DNA of 61,549 nt from Actinomycetota bacterium (GTDB lineage Bacteria > Actinomycetota > Actinomycetes > S36-B12 > UBA5976): positions 1 to 61,549 of the forward strand of contig JBEEND010000004.1 in the NCBI GenBank assembly GCA_041192345.1. The letters are read 5' to 3'. Positions 38,689 through 47,843 of this stretch are shown here, one piece after another. The stretch's first letter is position 1, and each line of letters begins with the position of its first letter. Position numbers and translations under genes: made by a program. The notes below the pieces were generated by a model. The model was not told the DNA's origin and made no database searches. It saw only the letters and a list, made by a program, of their open reading frames with translations.

Positions 38689-39369
38689 ATGTCGTTACGT
38701 CCAAAAATCGCACTAATAGGGCGGTTTACAAACTCTGCTTCTGCGCTTCGGTATGCCGGAGTCGTTAGTTCACGAACACTCCTGGAATCACTCTGGGATG
38801 CAGGCGCTGAACCGGTAACCCTGCTAGCAGCACCGGAAAGTGATTGGGAGCAAAGACTTCGAGGATATCAAGGCGTTTTACTTGCAGGTGGCGGTGATAT
38901 CAATCCCGCCAGATACGGTCGAGCACCGGATGTGAGCGTCTATGACGTGGATGATTTGCAAGATGAGACAGATTTTGGAATGACTGAGTATGTTCTGCAG
39001 CAGGGTATTCCAACTTTGGCAGTATGTCGAGGCTTGCACGTGGTAAATGTTGTTCGCGGCGGAACCCTGATCCAAGATATGCCAGTAAATCATCGACATG
39101 TTGTGCAGGAAGTAAAAGTTAGTGACTACGAATCATTTGGATTCACCACCGAGCTGGTAAAAACTTCTTGTTACCACCATCAGGCAATTGATAAAATTGG
39201 CACGGGATTAGAAGTGCTCGGACGCGGTCCAGATGGAACCATAGAAGCCGTTGGAATTGAATCAACTGGTTGGGCTCGCGGTGTGCAGTGGCACCCTGAA
39301 GATTCGGCGAAATCTGATCCAAACCAACACGGTTTATTTACCCGGTTAGTTAAAGAGGCAAGTGCTTAG
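38689..39369 (+). CDS. gamma-glutamyl-amide hydrolase (peptidase C26, PuuD-like class-I amidotransferase)
   Basis: Nucleophile LAVCRGLH and GVQWHPE. 226 aa. Confidence 0.82.
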   Translation: MSLRPKIALIGRFTNSASALRYAGVVSSRTLLESLWDAGAEPVTLLAAPESDWEQRLRGYQGVLLAGGGDINPARYGRAPDVSVYDVDDLQDETDFGMTEYVLQQGIPTLAVCRGLHVVNVVRGGTLIQDMPVNHRHVVQEVKVSDYESFGFTTELVKTSCYHHQAIDKIGTGLEVLGRGPDGTIEAVGIESTGWARGVQWHPEDSAKSDPNQHGLFTRLVKEASA

Positions 39370-39872
39370 AAAGTTTTTTGGGAATCTGCAGTAAGAGTGA
39401 CCGCTCTAAGCAGATCAGCAAATGAACCCAAATCAGATCGCTTTAAGTCAGCTACAGCTAGTTGCTCACCCTTATTAAATTCTGGAAATAGTTGCTTCAT
39501 CATTTTGCGACCTTTGGCAGTTAGCTTCACTAAAACTAAACGACCATCTTTTCTGCTGCGAGTTCGCGTTATGAGGCCGCGTCCTTCTAGGGTTTGCATC
39601 ACGCCTGTCAAAGTAGCCTTAGAAAACCCACCCTCTTCTGCAATGACTCGGGACTCAACTGGTTCCCAAATCCACACCACCCAAAGAACCACAAATGCAG
39701 TCCAAGATAAATCATGCTCCGCAAGTACCGTGCGCTCCAAGTAATTGCGGACTGAGTTTGCTGCTCGGAAAAGGTTAGAGGTAACTGCCATAGCCTCGAA
39801 ATCGATTTTCAGATCGCCGAGTCGCGCCTGAACTTGGCGTTCAGTTTCATCTAAAGTGTGCTGACCGGCCAT
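39366..39872 (-). CDS. MarR-family transcriptional regulator
   Basis: 168 aa with a winged-HTH core (ATLTGVMQTLEGRGLITRTRSRKDGR). GAGG RBS. Confidence 0.88.
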   Translation of the reverse strand: MAGQHTLDETERQVQARLGDLKIDFEAMAVTSNLFRAANSVRNYLERTVLAEHDLSWTAFVVLWVVWIWEPVESRVIAEEGGFSKATLTGVMQTLEGRGLITRTRSRKDGRLVLVKLTAKGRKMMKQLFPEFNKGEQLAVADLKRSDLGSFADLLRAVTLTADSQKTF

Positions 39873-39959
39873 GGAACCTCAATTTACTAGAACCTAGGCC
39901 AACGTTATCGGCTTTCTTGAAAATGATCGCAGTATGGGTCAGAATCAGGTATCTTAAAA

Positions 39960-39977
39960 CTGTTCGTACCCGAACGA
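39960..39977 (-). promoter_or_regulatory. operator-like motif, copy 2 (reverse complement TCGTTCGGGTACGAACAG)
   Basis: Lies between marR and the P450 gene. 15/18 identical to copy 1. Confidence 0.5.
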
Positions 39978-40005
39978 TTATTTCAACTTGGGGTGAGGTG
40001 AGTTA

Positions 40006-41256
40006 GTGTCAGCAACTACAGATGTCAGCTTGGCAAATCTAGATCTTTTCGAAGCACAAATTCCATGGCAAACTTTTGACGAGTTGCGTGCCAATAGTCC
40101 GGTGCACTGGAGCGACGAACCTGCTCCAAACTCGGGATTCTGGTCGCTTACTCGCTATCACGATATTGTTCGCGTGTTACGCGACACCGAAACTTATTCA
40201 AGCGAAAAAGGCACCGTAAATCTTGAGGAACTCGACGACGAGCAAATGGAAGCTCGTAAATCAATGATCGAGACAGATGGTATTCGTCATCGCGCGCTGC
40301 GTAAGTTGATGCAAGATTCATTCACACCCAAGGCAGTGGCGGGATATGAAACCTTTCTTCGGGGATTAACTGCCAGCACCCTTGATGATGCTTTTGCAAA
40401 GGGATCTTTTGACTTCGTTAAAGAAGTTGCCGCAGATTTCCCAATTCGGGTTTTGGCTCGACTTATGGATGTTCCCGACACGGACATTGACAAGTTGATC
40501 GCTTGGGGAAACCGAATGGTTGGAAACACCGACCCAGAACATGCTGATGTTTTGCTGGATTCACCAGAATCAGAAAAATACCGAATGTTGCCATTTCGTT
40601 CCCCTGCGGCCCTGGAAGTTTGGGCATATGGCGATGACTTAGCAAAGCAAAGACTGGGTGGCAAAGGTGTGGACATTGTTTCCACACTTATCAATCAAAC
40701 ACCAATTGATGGACTACCACTTTCCACTAGAGATTTTCATGCCTACTTCTTGCTGCTAATTGTTGCTGGAAACGAAACCACACGACACACAATTAGTCAC
40801 AGCATGAACTACTTGATTGATAACCCAGATCAATTGGCATTGATGCAGGAACGCCCAGAGTTAATTGAATGGGGTGTAGAAGAAATGCTTCGCATGGCCA
40901 GCCCGGTTTATCATTTCCGTCGTACTGCTGCGAAGGACGCTGAAATCAATGGTCAAGCAATCAAGGAAGGCGACAAAGTTGTCACTTGGTTTGCTGCTGG
41001 GAATCGTGATCCAGAAGTATTCAAAGATCCATACCGTATGGACGTGACGAGAAATCCAAACGAACATATGACATTTGGTCGAGGTGGGCCACATATGTGC
41101 TTAGGTAACTCGCTAGCCCGACTTGAAATAAAGATCATGTTCGAAGAATTGTTGCCAAGAATTTCTAACATCAAGCGAGTTGGCGAAGTAGAGCGGTTGC
41201 GTAGTAATTTCGTTAATGGCATAAAGCGTTTCCCGGTTGAGGTAACGCTTAAGTAG
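40006..41256 (+). CDS. cytochrome P450
   Basis: Heme loop FGRGGPHMCLGNSLAR and EXXR EEMLR. GTG start after GAGGTGAG. Confidence 0.92.
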   Translation: MSATTDVSLANLDLFEAQIPWQTFDELRANSPVHWSDEPAPNSGFWSLTRYHDIVRVLRDTETYSSEKGTVNLEELDDEQMEARKSMIETDGIRHRALRKLMQDSFTPKAVAGYETFLRGLTASTLDDAFAKGSFDFVKEVAADFPIRVLARLMDVPDTDIDKLIAWGNRMVGNTDPEHADVLLDSPESEKYRMLPFRSPAALEVWAYGDDLAKQRLGGKGVDIVSTLINQTPIDGLPLSTRDFHAYFLLLIVAGNETTRHTISHSMNYLIDNPDQLALMQERPELIEWGVEEMLRMASPVYHFRRTAAKDAEINGQAIKEGDKVVTWFAAGNRDPEVFKDPYRMDVTRNPNEHMTFGRGGPHMCLGNSLARLEIKIMFEELLPRISNIKRVGEVERLRSNFVNGIKRFPVEVTLK

Positions 41257-41964
41257 TTAAGTCAATTGAGCAATATCACGCAAGAACGCATCAACTAGCT
41301 GGTTGGTGCGTTCTTTTGCACTATTTTGCTCCGCAGCGGTGTGAGCAAGTAACACATCTGGATCTTGGCCATCTTTGATAACTAAGTCACGACCGCCATT
41401 ATTGAGCCAGCCAGTTAGCATTTCAACCGTCAACTCGGGATGAAATTGAACTCCCAAATTTCGTTCATTAGTAAATGCTTGACTTGCCGCAGAGTTTCGA
41501 GCTACTTCTAATGCAACCCCTGGTAGCTGCCAACGGTCATAGTGAAATTGAAACCACGGACCAGCAGAAACCAAATCTGGACGGTCGGTGTGAACAACTG
41601 TCCAACCAATTTCAGGCTTGGGTCCCGGAGCTACGCTGCCTCCTAGGGCTCGAGCAAGTAGTTGACCGCCAAAACAAATACCAAAGATGGGCACATCTTG
41701 TGCGATCGCATTGGTTAGGAATTCCAACTCAGGCGCGAGCCAGTTCCCTATGCGATCATCATCCCAAGCTCCCCATGGTGCGCCCATTGGGACAATTACG
41801 TCGTAGTTGGCAAGATTGGGGAATTCCCGAACGACGTTTGGTTCAGGGAAGTTTTCCTCAGGAACTACTAAAAACTCATCTACTTCAAAGCCATGATGGC
41901 GAAACCGCTCGGCCACGGGGCCAGGTGGGCTGACGTGGTCATGTGCAATTATGAGAACTCGCAT
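41257..41964 (-). CDS. class-I glutamine amidotransferase-like protein
   Basis: ORF to 41997. ATG 41964 lies 6 nt after GGAAAGAG. Nucleophile GICFGGQLLA and FHPE. Confidence 0.82.
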   Translation of the reverse strand: MRVLIIAHDHVSPPGPVAERFRHHGFEVDEFLVVPEENFPEPNVVREFPNLANYDVIVPMGAPWGAWDDDRIGNWLAPELEFLTNAIAQDVPIFGICFGGQLLARALGGSVAPGPKPEIGWTVVHTDRPDLVSAGPWFQFHYDRWQLPGVALEVARNSAASQAFTNERNLGVQFHPELTVEMLTGWLNNGGRDLVIKDGQDPDVLLAHTAAEQNSAKERTNQLVDAFLRDIAQLT

Positions 41965-42037
41965 GGCCATCTCTTTCCGGGTCAGAATTTCTACCATTCT
42001 GCCCTAAAAAGTTCTCGAAGCGATTAAAATAAAAAAA

Positions 42038-42055
42038 TCGTTCATACCCTAACGA
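42038..42055 (-). promoter_or_regulatory. operator-like motif, copy 3 (reverse complement TCGTTAGGGTATGAACGA)
   Basis: Lies in the GATase / GS-like divergent region. 15/18 identical to copy 1. Confidence 0.5.
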
Positions 42056-42069
42056 CTTTTGGAGGAAAC

Positions 42070-43416
42070 ATGTCTCTTGATCTTTCTGCACTTCGCGCCC
42101 AACTGCAGAGTGAGAACATTGATATATTGCGACTCGTTTACGCCGATGTACTGGGTATTCCTCGCTCTAAAGATTTAGTTGTTAGCCAAATGGAAAAGGC
42201 TGCCGCACACGGGCCAGCTTTTTGCCAAGGGGTTTGGGTTACCACTACCCGTGGCGGTGTTTTGGATGGTCATGGCAGCATTTCGTCTGGACTATCCGAC
42301 TTCGTCAGTCGAATAGATCCAAACACCATTCGTAAACTTCCGTGGGAACCAGGAGTTGCATATGCAATCGTGGATGCGTTTGAGCCAAATGGTGATGATA
42401 ATCCGGTCGCACCCCGCACTGCTCTAATGCGCGTAATAAAGGAATACGAAAAACTCGGATTGACACCAGTTATCGGACCAGAGCTTGAGTTCTACTTAGC
42501 TAAACAAGAAGACAACCAATGGGTACGAGCACTCCATCGAACTGGTCGGGTTTACACAACTGGAGCCATCGTTGATCCAGATGGCACTTTCTTATATATG
42601 TTGCGCATGTTAGATCAAATGGCAATTGGCGTCTTTGCAGGTAATCATGAGTTTGCCCCGGCCCAATACGAAATCAATTTGTGGCACGGCGAGGCCTTGG
42701 AATCTACGGACCGAACTTTCTTGTTCAAAACTGCGATTAAAGACATCGCAGTGCGCCGGGGTTACAACGCCACTTTCCTAGGAAAGCCTTGGGCTGAGTC
42801 TGAAGGCAGTGGTTTCCATTTGCACTTCTCAGTTGTGGATGCCAAGGGCAAGAATCAAATGCATAATGGCGAAGAGCTATCCGAAATAGCAAATCAAATG
42901 ATTGCTGGAATCCTGAGCCATGCAAATGCGCTCACTGCATTTACCAACCCAACAATCAATGCGTTTAAGCGTCTGGGTCCAGATACTTTGGCCCCAAGTC
43001 GTGCGAACTGGGGTTATGACAACCGGGCCACTTTGCTCCGTGTGCCACCAGAGCGTGGCGAAGGCACGCGCCTTGAGATTCGAATTGGTGATGGCGCAGC
43101 CAACCCATACTTAATGGTTGCTTCAGTCTTAGCTGCCGGCCTAGATGGAATTAAACAGAAAATGAAGCCTAACAAAGCTGCGGAAGGTTGGGCTTATGAA
43201 GATGAAGCAGATCCTTTGCTTCCACTTACATTCACTGCAGCATTAGATGCCCTTGATGCGGATCCACTCTTTGCAGTTCTGATGGGACCAGTAGTGGTTT
43301 CAACTCACTTAACTTTGAAGCGCGATGAAATTGAACGCTACGAAGCAGAGGTTCCGGACCCAAGTACTCGCGAAATTACGTCTTGGGAACTGGATGAATA
43401 TATTTGGGACTACTAG
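42070..43416 (+). CDS. glutamine-synthetase-family ligase (gamma-glutamyl-amine synthetase-like)
   Basis: Contains GPELEFYL, NHEFAPAQYEINL and GSGFHLHFS. 448 aa. GGAGG RBS. Confidence 0.85.
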   Translation: MSLDLSALRAQLQSENIDILRLVYADVLGIPRSKDLVVSQMEKAAAHGPAFCQGVWVTTTRGGVLDGHGSISSGLSDFVSRIDPNTIRKLPWEPGVAYAIVDAFEPNGDDNPVAPRTALMRVIKEYEKLGLTPVIGPELEFYLAKQEDNQWVRALHRTGRVYTTGAIVDPDGTFLYMLRMLDQMAIGVFAGNHEFAPAQYEINLWHGEALESTDRTFLFKTAIKDIAVRRGYNATFLGKPWAESEGSGFHLHFSVVDAKGKNQMHNGEELSEIANQMIAGILSHANALTAFTNPTINAFKRLGPDTLAPSRANWGYDNRATLLRVPPERGEGTRLEIRIGDGAANPYLMVASVLAAGLDGIKQKMKPNKAAEGWAYEDEADPLLPLTFTAALDALDADPLFAVLMGPVVVSTHLTLKRDEIERYEAEVPDPSTREITSWELDEYIWDY

Positions 43417-44222
43417 ATCGGCTTTGAACGGTCAGCAATTAATTTGCCGCCTGCGAAAGTAACTCCAACTTCGCGGTAATAGCCACCAAGTATTTTTTCA
43501 ACGGGAAGTATCGAAGCTAGTTCATCCCATTGCGAATCACCAAGGACTAGTTCAGCATCGCCCTTCCAAGCTTGACCAAGGTCTGCATCGATGCCATGCA
43601 TTGTTATTAATTGATCCATAGATAGGCCGGCATCTTTTGTGATTGAAGGCATGAAGCGGCTATGCAACATCGCATGACCGTTTACAAATCCGTTGGTTTC
43701 AGATGGTTCGCGAAGCGTTACTACTGCGGATGCAAGTCTGTGATCGTAAGCAGACAAAGTTGCGCCAAGCTTGGCGCCAGCCTCTAGGCGAGGGGATGCT
43801 TTGCCACGATTAAAAATTCGGGTGACATGTGCTGAGCCAATTTTCTTTGGATAACCCTGGTACCAACCACGAGCAACTGCGAAATCTTTAGTCACCCAAA
43901 TTGCTACACAGCGGCTGTAAGTAACGCCTTCATAAGCACAGCGCACTACTGCAAAAGTTTCCAGGTACTGCGAGCGAATCGGATCTAGTAGCTCAGCACC
44001 ACCTTCACTGCAGGATTGCCAATCTGCCCAAATCAAAGCAACAGCGCCAGGCTGGTCTGGGGCTAGATCGATATCTGGTGGCAGGATCGCGCGAACATTC
44101 GCAGGATCAGTTAAGTACTCGACAGTTAGCAAAGTACCGCTGTAGTACCAGGGCATTTGCGGAATAATTCCACTTTTGCCGCTTGGAGTAAGTGGGGGCA
44201 TAAATCCATGTAGTTCAGACAT
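43413..44222 (-). CDS. acetoacetate-decarboxylase-family protein
   Basis: 269 aa. The N-terminal MPPLTPSGKS...PWYY and overall pattern resemble the ADC (PF06314) family as recalled. Confidence 0.6.
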   Translation of the reverse strand: MSELHGFMPPLTPSGKSGIIPQMPWYYSGTLLTVEYLTDPANVRAILPPDIDLAPDQPGAVALIWADWQSCSEGGAELLDPIRSQYLETFAVVRCAYEGVTYSRCVAIWVTKDFAVARGWYQGYPKKIGSAHVTRIFNRGKASPRLEAGAKLGATLSAYDHRLASAVVTLREPSETNGFVNGHAMLHSRFMPSITKDAGLSMDQLITMHGIDADLGQAWKGDAELVLGDSQWDELASILPVEKILGGYYREVGVTFAGGKLIADRSKPI

Positions 44223-44245
44223 GCGTCTAGCGTAGTACGAAATAT

Positions 44246-44263
44246 TCGTTAGGGCACAAAAGA
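44246..44263 (+). promoter_or_regulatory. operator-like motif, degenerate copy 4 (TCGTTAGGGCACAAAAGA)
   Basis: 15/18 match to the consensus. Lies between ferredoxin 2 and the ADC-family gene. Confidence 0.35.
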
Positions 44264-44267
44264 TTAA

Positions 44268-44459
44268 TCAGTTAGTTATGGAGATTGCCTGCATTGGGCA
44301 AAGGTCAGCAGCAGCTAGCGCGAACTTTTCGTTTTCAGGGGTGACCCCCACGGCCAATATTTGGGCCACGCCGGATTCGCCCAGCTCAAATACTTCTGGA
44401 GCTTCGTGAACGCATTGCGCGTAACCTTGGCATTTACCAAGGTCTACTTTGATGTCCAT
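44268..44459 (-). CDS. small ferredoxin (3-Cys type), paralog of 35153..35344
   Basis: ORF to 44501. ATG 44459 is preceded by GAGAGAGG. CQGYAQC...CP pattern. The shared C-terminus CPMQAISI matches the other ferredoxin. Confidence 0.85.
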   Translation of the reverse strand: MDIKVDLGKCQGYAQCVHEAPEVFELGESGVAQILAVGVTPENEKFALAAADLCPMQAISITN

Positions 44460-44547
44460 GAAAGCCTCTCTCATTACAAAATTGTAATCTGATGCCTGCA
44501 ATATGGGTCATCCCACACAGTGCTTTAAATGATGATACAAATAGTGA

Positions 44548-45702
44548 ATGGATTTGAAGACAAGTGTGGGTCACGAAGATTTACGTTCTGCTATTGCAGC
44601 ATTGTGTGCAGATTTTCCAGGGGAGTACTGGCGCTCGTTAGAGCCAGATAAGTATCCAGACGCTTTTGTTGAAACGCTTACTAAGAATGGCTGGCTTTCC
44701 GTTTTGATTCCCGAAGAATATGGCGGCGGCGGCGCCTCGCTTACTGAGGCTTCGATAATTTTGGAAGAGATTTCCGTGTCAGGTGGAAACCCAAGTGCTT
44801 GCCATGCCCAGATGTACGTCATGGGAACTTTGTTGCGTCATGGTAGCGAAGCTCAAAAGCAGCAATATCTGCCGAAGATTGCGGCTGGCGAATTACGACT
44901 CCAAGCTTTTGGCGTAACTGAGCCAAGTGCCGGATCTGAAACAACCAAGATTCGCACTAAGGCAGAGCGCGTCGAAGGTGGTTGGAAAATCAATGGTCAA
45001 AAAATCTGGACCTCCAGGGCCCTGCAATCCGATTTAATGTTGCTATTGGCGCGTACCTCACCGTTTGATGAATCTGGAAAACCTTCTGCTGGTATGTCTG
45101 TGTTCATTTTTGATATGAGAAATCTTGAAGGATTAACTATTCGCCCTATCAAAACCATGATGAATCACAACACCACTGAAGTTTTTTTTGACAATGTAAT
45201 TATTCCTGAAGATTCACTAATTGGCGAAGAGGGACGAGGATTCAAATACATTTTGGACGGCATGAATGCCGAACGAATTTTGATCGCGGCTGAGTGCATT
45301 GGTGATGGTCGATTCTTTCTTGAACGCGCTGTGGCGTATGCCAATAGCCGAGAAATTTTCGGTGGCCCAATCGGCAAGAATCAAGGCGTGCAATTTCCGT
45401 TAGCTCGTTCCTACATGCAACTTCGAGCTGCCGATTTAGTTAGGTTTGACGCCGCCGCTCGCTTTGACGCTGGCGAAGATTGTGGCGCACAAGCAAACAC
45501 TGCGAAGTTCTTAGCAGCTGAAGCATCCTGGGCTGCTGGAAATGCTGCGATCGATACTCATGGCGGAATGGGATTCGCGGAAGAGTACGACATTGAGCGC
45601 AAGTTCCGTGAAACTAGGCTTTACCAAGTTGCCCCAATTAATAACAACTTGATTATGGCCTACATCGGACAGCACGTTCTGGGCATGCCAAAGTCTTATT
45701 AA
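44548..45702 (+). CDS. acyl-CoA dehydrogenase family protein
   Basis: 384 aa with ACAD three-domain layout. Contains GVTEPSAGSE and GGMGFAEEYDIERKFRE. Confidence 0.88.
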   Translation: MDLKTSVGHEDLRSAIAALCADFPGEYWRSLEPDKYPDAFVETLTKNGWLSVLIPEEYGGGGASLTEASIILEEISVSGGNPSACHAQMYVMGTLLRHGSEAQKQQYLPKIAAGELRLQAFGVTEPSAGSETTKIRTKAERVEGGWKINGQKIWTSRALQSDLMLLLARTSPFDESGKPSAGMSVFIFDMRNLEGLTIRPIKTMMNHNTTEVFFDNVIIPEDSLIGEEGRGFKYILDGMNAERILIAAECIGDGRFFLERAVAYANSREIFGGPIGKNQGVQFPLARSYMQLRAADLVRFDAAARFDAGEDCGAQANTAKFLAAEASWAAGNAAIDTHGGMGFAEEYDIERKFRETRLYQVAPINNNLIMAYIGQHVLGMPKSY

Positions 45703-46397
45703 TACCTTTTGGCGGTTACATATTCTGAAATAAACCAGTCGACCAAGACTTCACAGTTTTGTGCAGTCTCATCAGAAATTGCGTTTAACTCAGACATCAA
45801 TATCTCAGTGGTCATCCCTGTTGGTAAATAGTTAGCTCCACCGATGTCTAACCAGGCTTGAACTAAGTCAGTCGTAGCTTCAGGATGAAACTGGAGACCG
45901 ACTGCAGTTTTGTGCCGGAAGGCTTGCACAGCCGATGGTGTCTCGGCCATAACTTCGATGTGTTCGGGCAGGATCATCCGATCACTGTGCCAAGAAAACC
46001 AAGGACCTTCCGGAAACGGTAAACCGAGTGAGGTTTCCTTTATGTGCAGTTCACCAAGTTCAAGTTCATCAGATTTTTCAACATGGCCACCCACTGCTTT
46101 CGCCAACACTTGGCCACCGAAGCAAACACCAAGAAATGGAATTTCCTGATCAAAAGTGAGATTTATCAATGCTTCTTCAGCATCTACCCAAGTGGCGACC
46201 TCGGGATCATATGCACTGTAGAAAGAACCAAATGAAATTATGAAATCAAATTCAGATGGATCAGGAAAATTCAAGTTCAGTTCGCCATCTTCGCCAAGGA
46301 TTACATGACGTTGCGTTTCGATACCGCGTGACTTGAGAATGTCACCAATTACACCTGGCCGGCCCGCTTCTTCATGACTAATTAACAAAGTACGCAT
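45699..46397 (-). CDS. class-I glutamine amidotransferase-like protein
   Basis: Nucleophile GVCFGGQVLA and QFHPE. Lies immediately downstream of a GS-like gene. Confidence 0.82.
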   Translation of the reverse strand: MRTLLISHEEAGRPGVIGDILKSRGIETQRHVILGEDGELNLNFPDPSEFDFIISFGSFYSAYDPEVATWVDAEEALINLTFDQEIPFLGVCFGGQVLAKAVGGHVEKSDELELGELHIKETSLGLPFPEGPWFSWHSDRMILPEHIEVMAETPSAVQAFRHKTAVGLQFHPEATTDLVQAWLDIGGANYLPTGMTTEILMSELNAISDETAQNCEVLVDWFISEYVTAKRY

Positions 46398-46400
46398 GAT

Positions 46401-47723
46401 CTAAATTATCTCCCGATAACGCGCTAGTTCCCAGTCTGTAACTTGCGACGCAAACGTTGCTAATTCGACACGCTGGACGGCAGCCCACATATCTACAAAC
46501 GCATCACTAAATGCACGTCGAGCAAATGCACTCGTCTCCCAGTTGTCGATCGCTTCAGCTGGATGATTTGGAAGCCGATCCCATTTATCTTCAGGGTGTG
46601 GGTCTCCGGTTACCATTTGTGGCAGTGGCAAGTCGTTCGTAAGTCCTTCATAGCCTGCAGCTAGCGCGCCGTTTAGAACTAAGTAAGGATGTGCATCCGC
46701 AGCAGCCCAACGCCATTCAATGCGATTTGAACTCTTTGCGCCATTAATGCAACGAACTCCAACTAAGCGATTATCCAGCCCCCAAGTAACTTGCGTTGGT
46801 GAGAAACTGTAATCCACTAATCGCTTGTAGCCATTAATGGTTGGAGTGTTAACTACCTGTAAATCTTTAGTGTAGGCCATCAATCCAGTAAGGTACTTTT
46901 CCATCAATGCGGAATCAAGTACACCTTTTCCGTCAGTTGCATCAAAAGCATTCTTGCCATCTTTTGTAACCAAACTTTGATGCACGTGCATACCGCAACC
47001 GGACTCACCCAGAATTGGTTTGGCCATGAAGCTCGCAACTAAACCATGTTTTTGGGCAACCAAACGAACGATGTATTTGTACAGGACGGTGTCATCAGCC
47101 ATTTTCATGGCCTCGCTGTAACGCAAGTTGATTTCGATTTGCGATGGACCGTATTCAACATTGCTGGCCTCAACCAACATGCCAGTCTTTCTCAAGGCTT
47201 CACGAATTTCAAGAATTATTGGTTCTAGCTCGGCGCCTTTATTGATTCCGTAACACTGTAGTGAAGTGAACAACGGTGTGCCGTCTGGATTGAAAAGATA
47301 AAACTCAAGCTCAGTTGCGGCATTCACTGAGTAACCCAAATCAGCAAACTTCTTTAAAGTTGTTTTCAGCATCTGCCTTGGGTCAATATCTACCGGTTGA
47401 TGAGTATCGGCTGTGTAGGTATCGCATATCACAACACCGATACCTTCAGCCCAACCAGCGACTCGGAACGAACTCAAGTCTGGTTGCACGTGAATGTCTT
47501 TCACTTCTTGAACAGGGGTTACTTCAATTTCACAACGTGGTTGCCAAGTGTGCACAACATTTGCGATTCCATATCCTTCATTGCGCAAGAACTGCTCAGT
47601 GGGTAGTCGCTTGCCACGCGGGACACCCCAGTTGTCGACAATTATGCATTCGACGGTGTGAATGTTGTGTTTTTCGCATAAGTCTGCGACGCGCTTTAGA
47701 TCTGCGGATTGAGTTTGCGACAC
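46401..47723 (-). CDS. glutamine-synthetase-family ligase (gamma-glutamyl-amine synthetase-like), second copy
   Basis: ORF to 47735 (TTG). GTG 47723 lies 5 nt after GGGGGA. Contains ATELEFYLF, GPSQIEINLRY and GCGMHVHQS. Confidence 0.85.
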   Translation of the reverse strand: MSQTQSADLKRVADLCEKHNIHTVECIIVDNWGVPRGKRLPTEQFLRNEGYGIANVVHTWQPRCEIEVTPVQEVKDIHVQPDLSSFRVAGWAEGIGVVICDTYTADTHQPVDIDPRQMLKTTLKKFADLGYSVNAATELEFYLFNPDGTPLFTSLQCYGINKGAELEPIILEIREALRKTGMLVEASNVEYGPSQIEINLRYSEAMKMADDTVLYKYIVRLVAQKHGLVASFMAKPILGESGCGMHVHQSLVTKDGKNAFDATDGKGVLDSALMEKYLTGLMAYTKDLQVVNTPTINGYKRLVDYSFSPTQVTWGLDNRLVGVRCINGAKSSNRIEWRWAAADAHPYLVLNGALAAGYEGLTNDLPLPQMVTGDPHPEDKWDRLPNHPAEAIDNWETSAFARRAFSDAFVDMWAAVQRVELATFASQVTDWELARYREII

Positions 47724-47843
47724 GAATTCCCCCAAAGTCAGGTTTTAGATATTTCTTAAGGGTAATGTGCCTTGAAACTGAATGTACGTGATTTCGCTTC
47801 GAAATAGATTTGATTCGGAAGCAAACGAAAGGTAGGCCTGCCA

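Noticed and set aside
47762-47788. Possible GlnR box (GTAAT-N7-GAAAC-N5-GTACG) upstream of the second GS-like gene.
   Set aside because: The spacing does not fit the gTnAc-N6-GaAAc arrangement, and the second b-site is absent. This is too weak to call.
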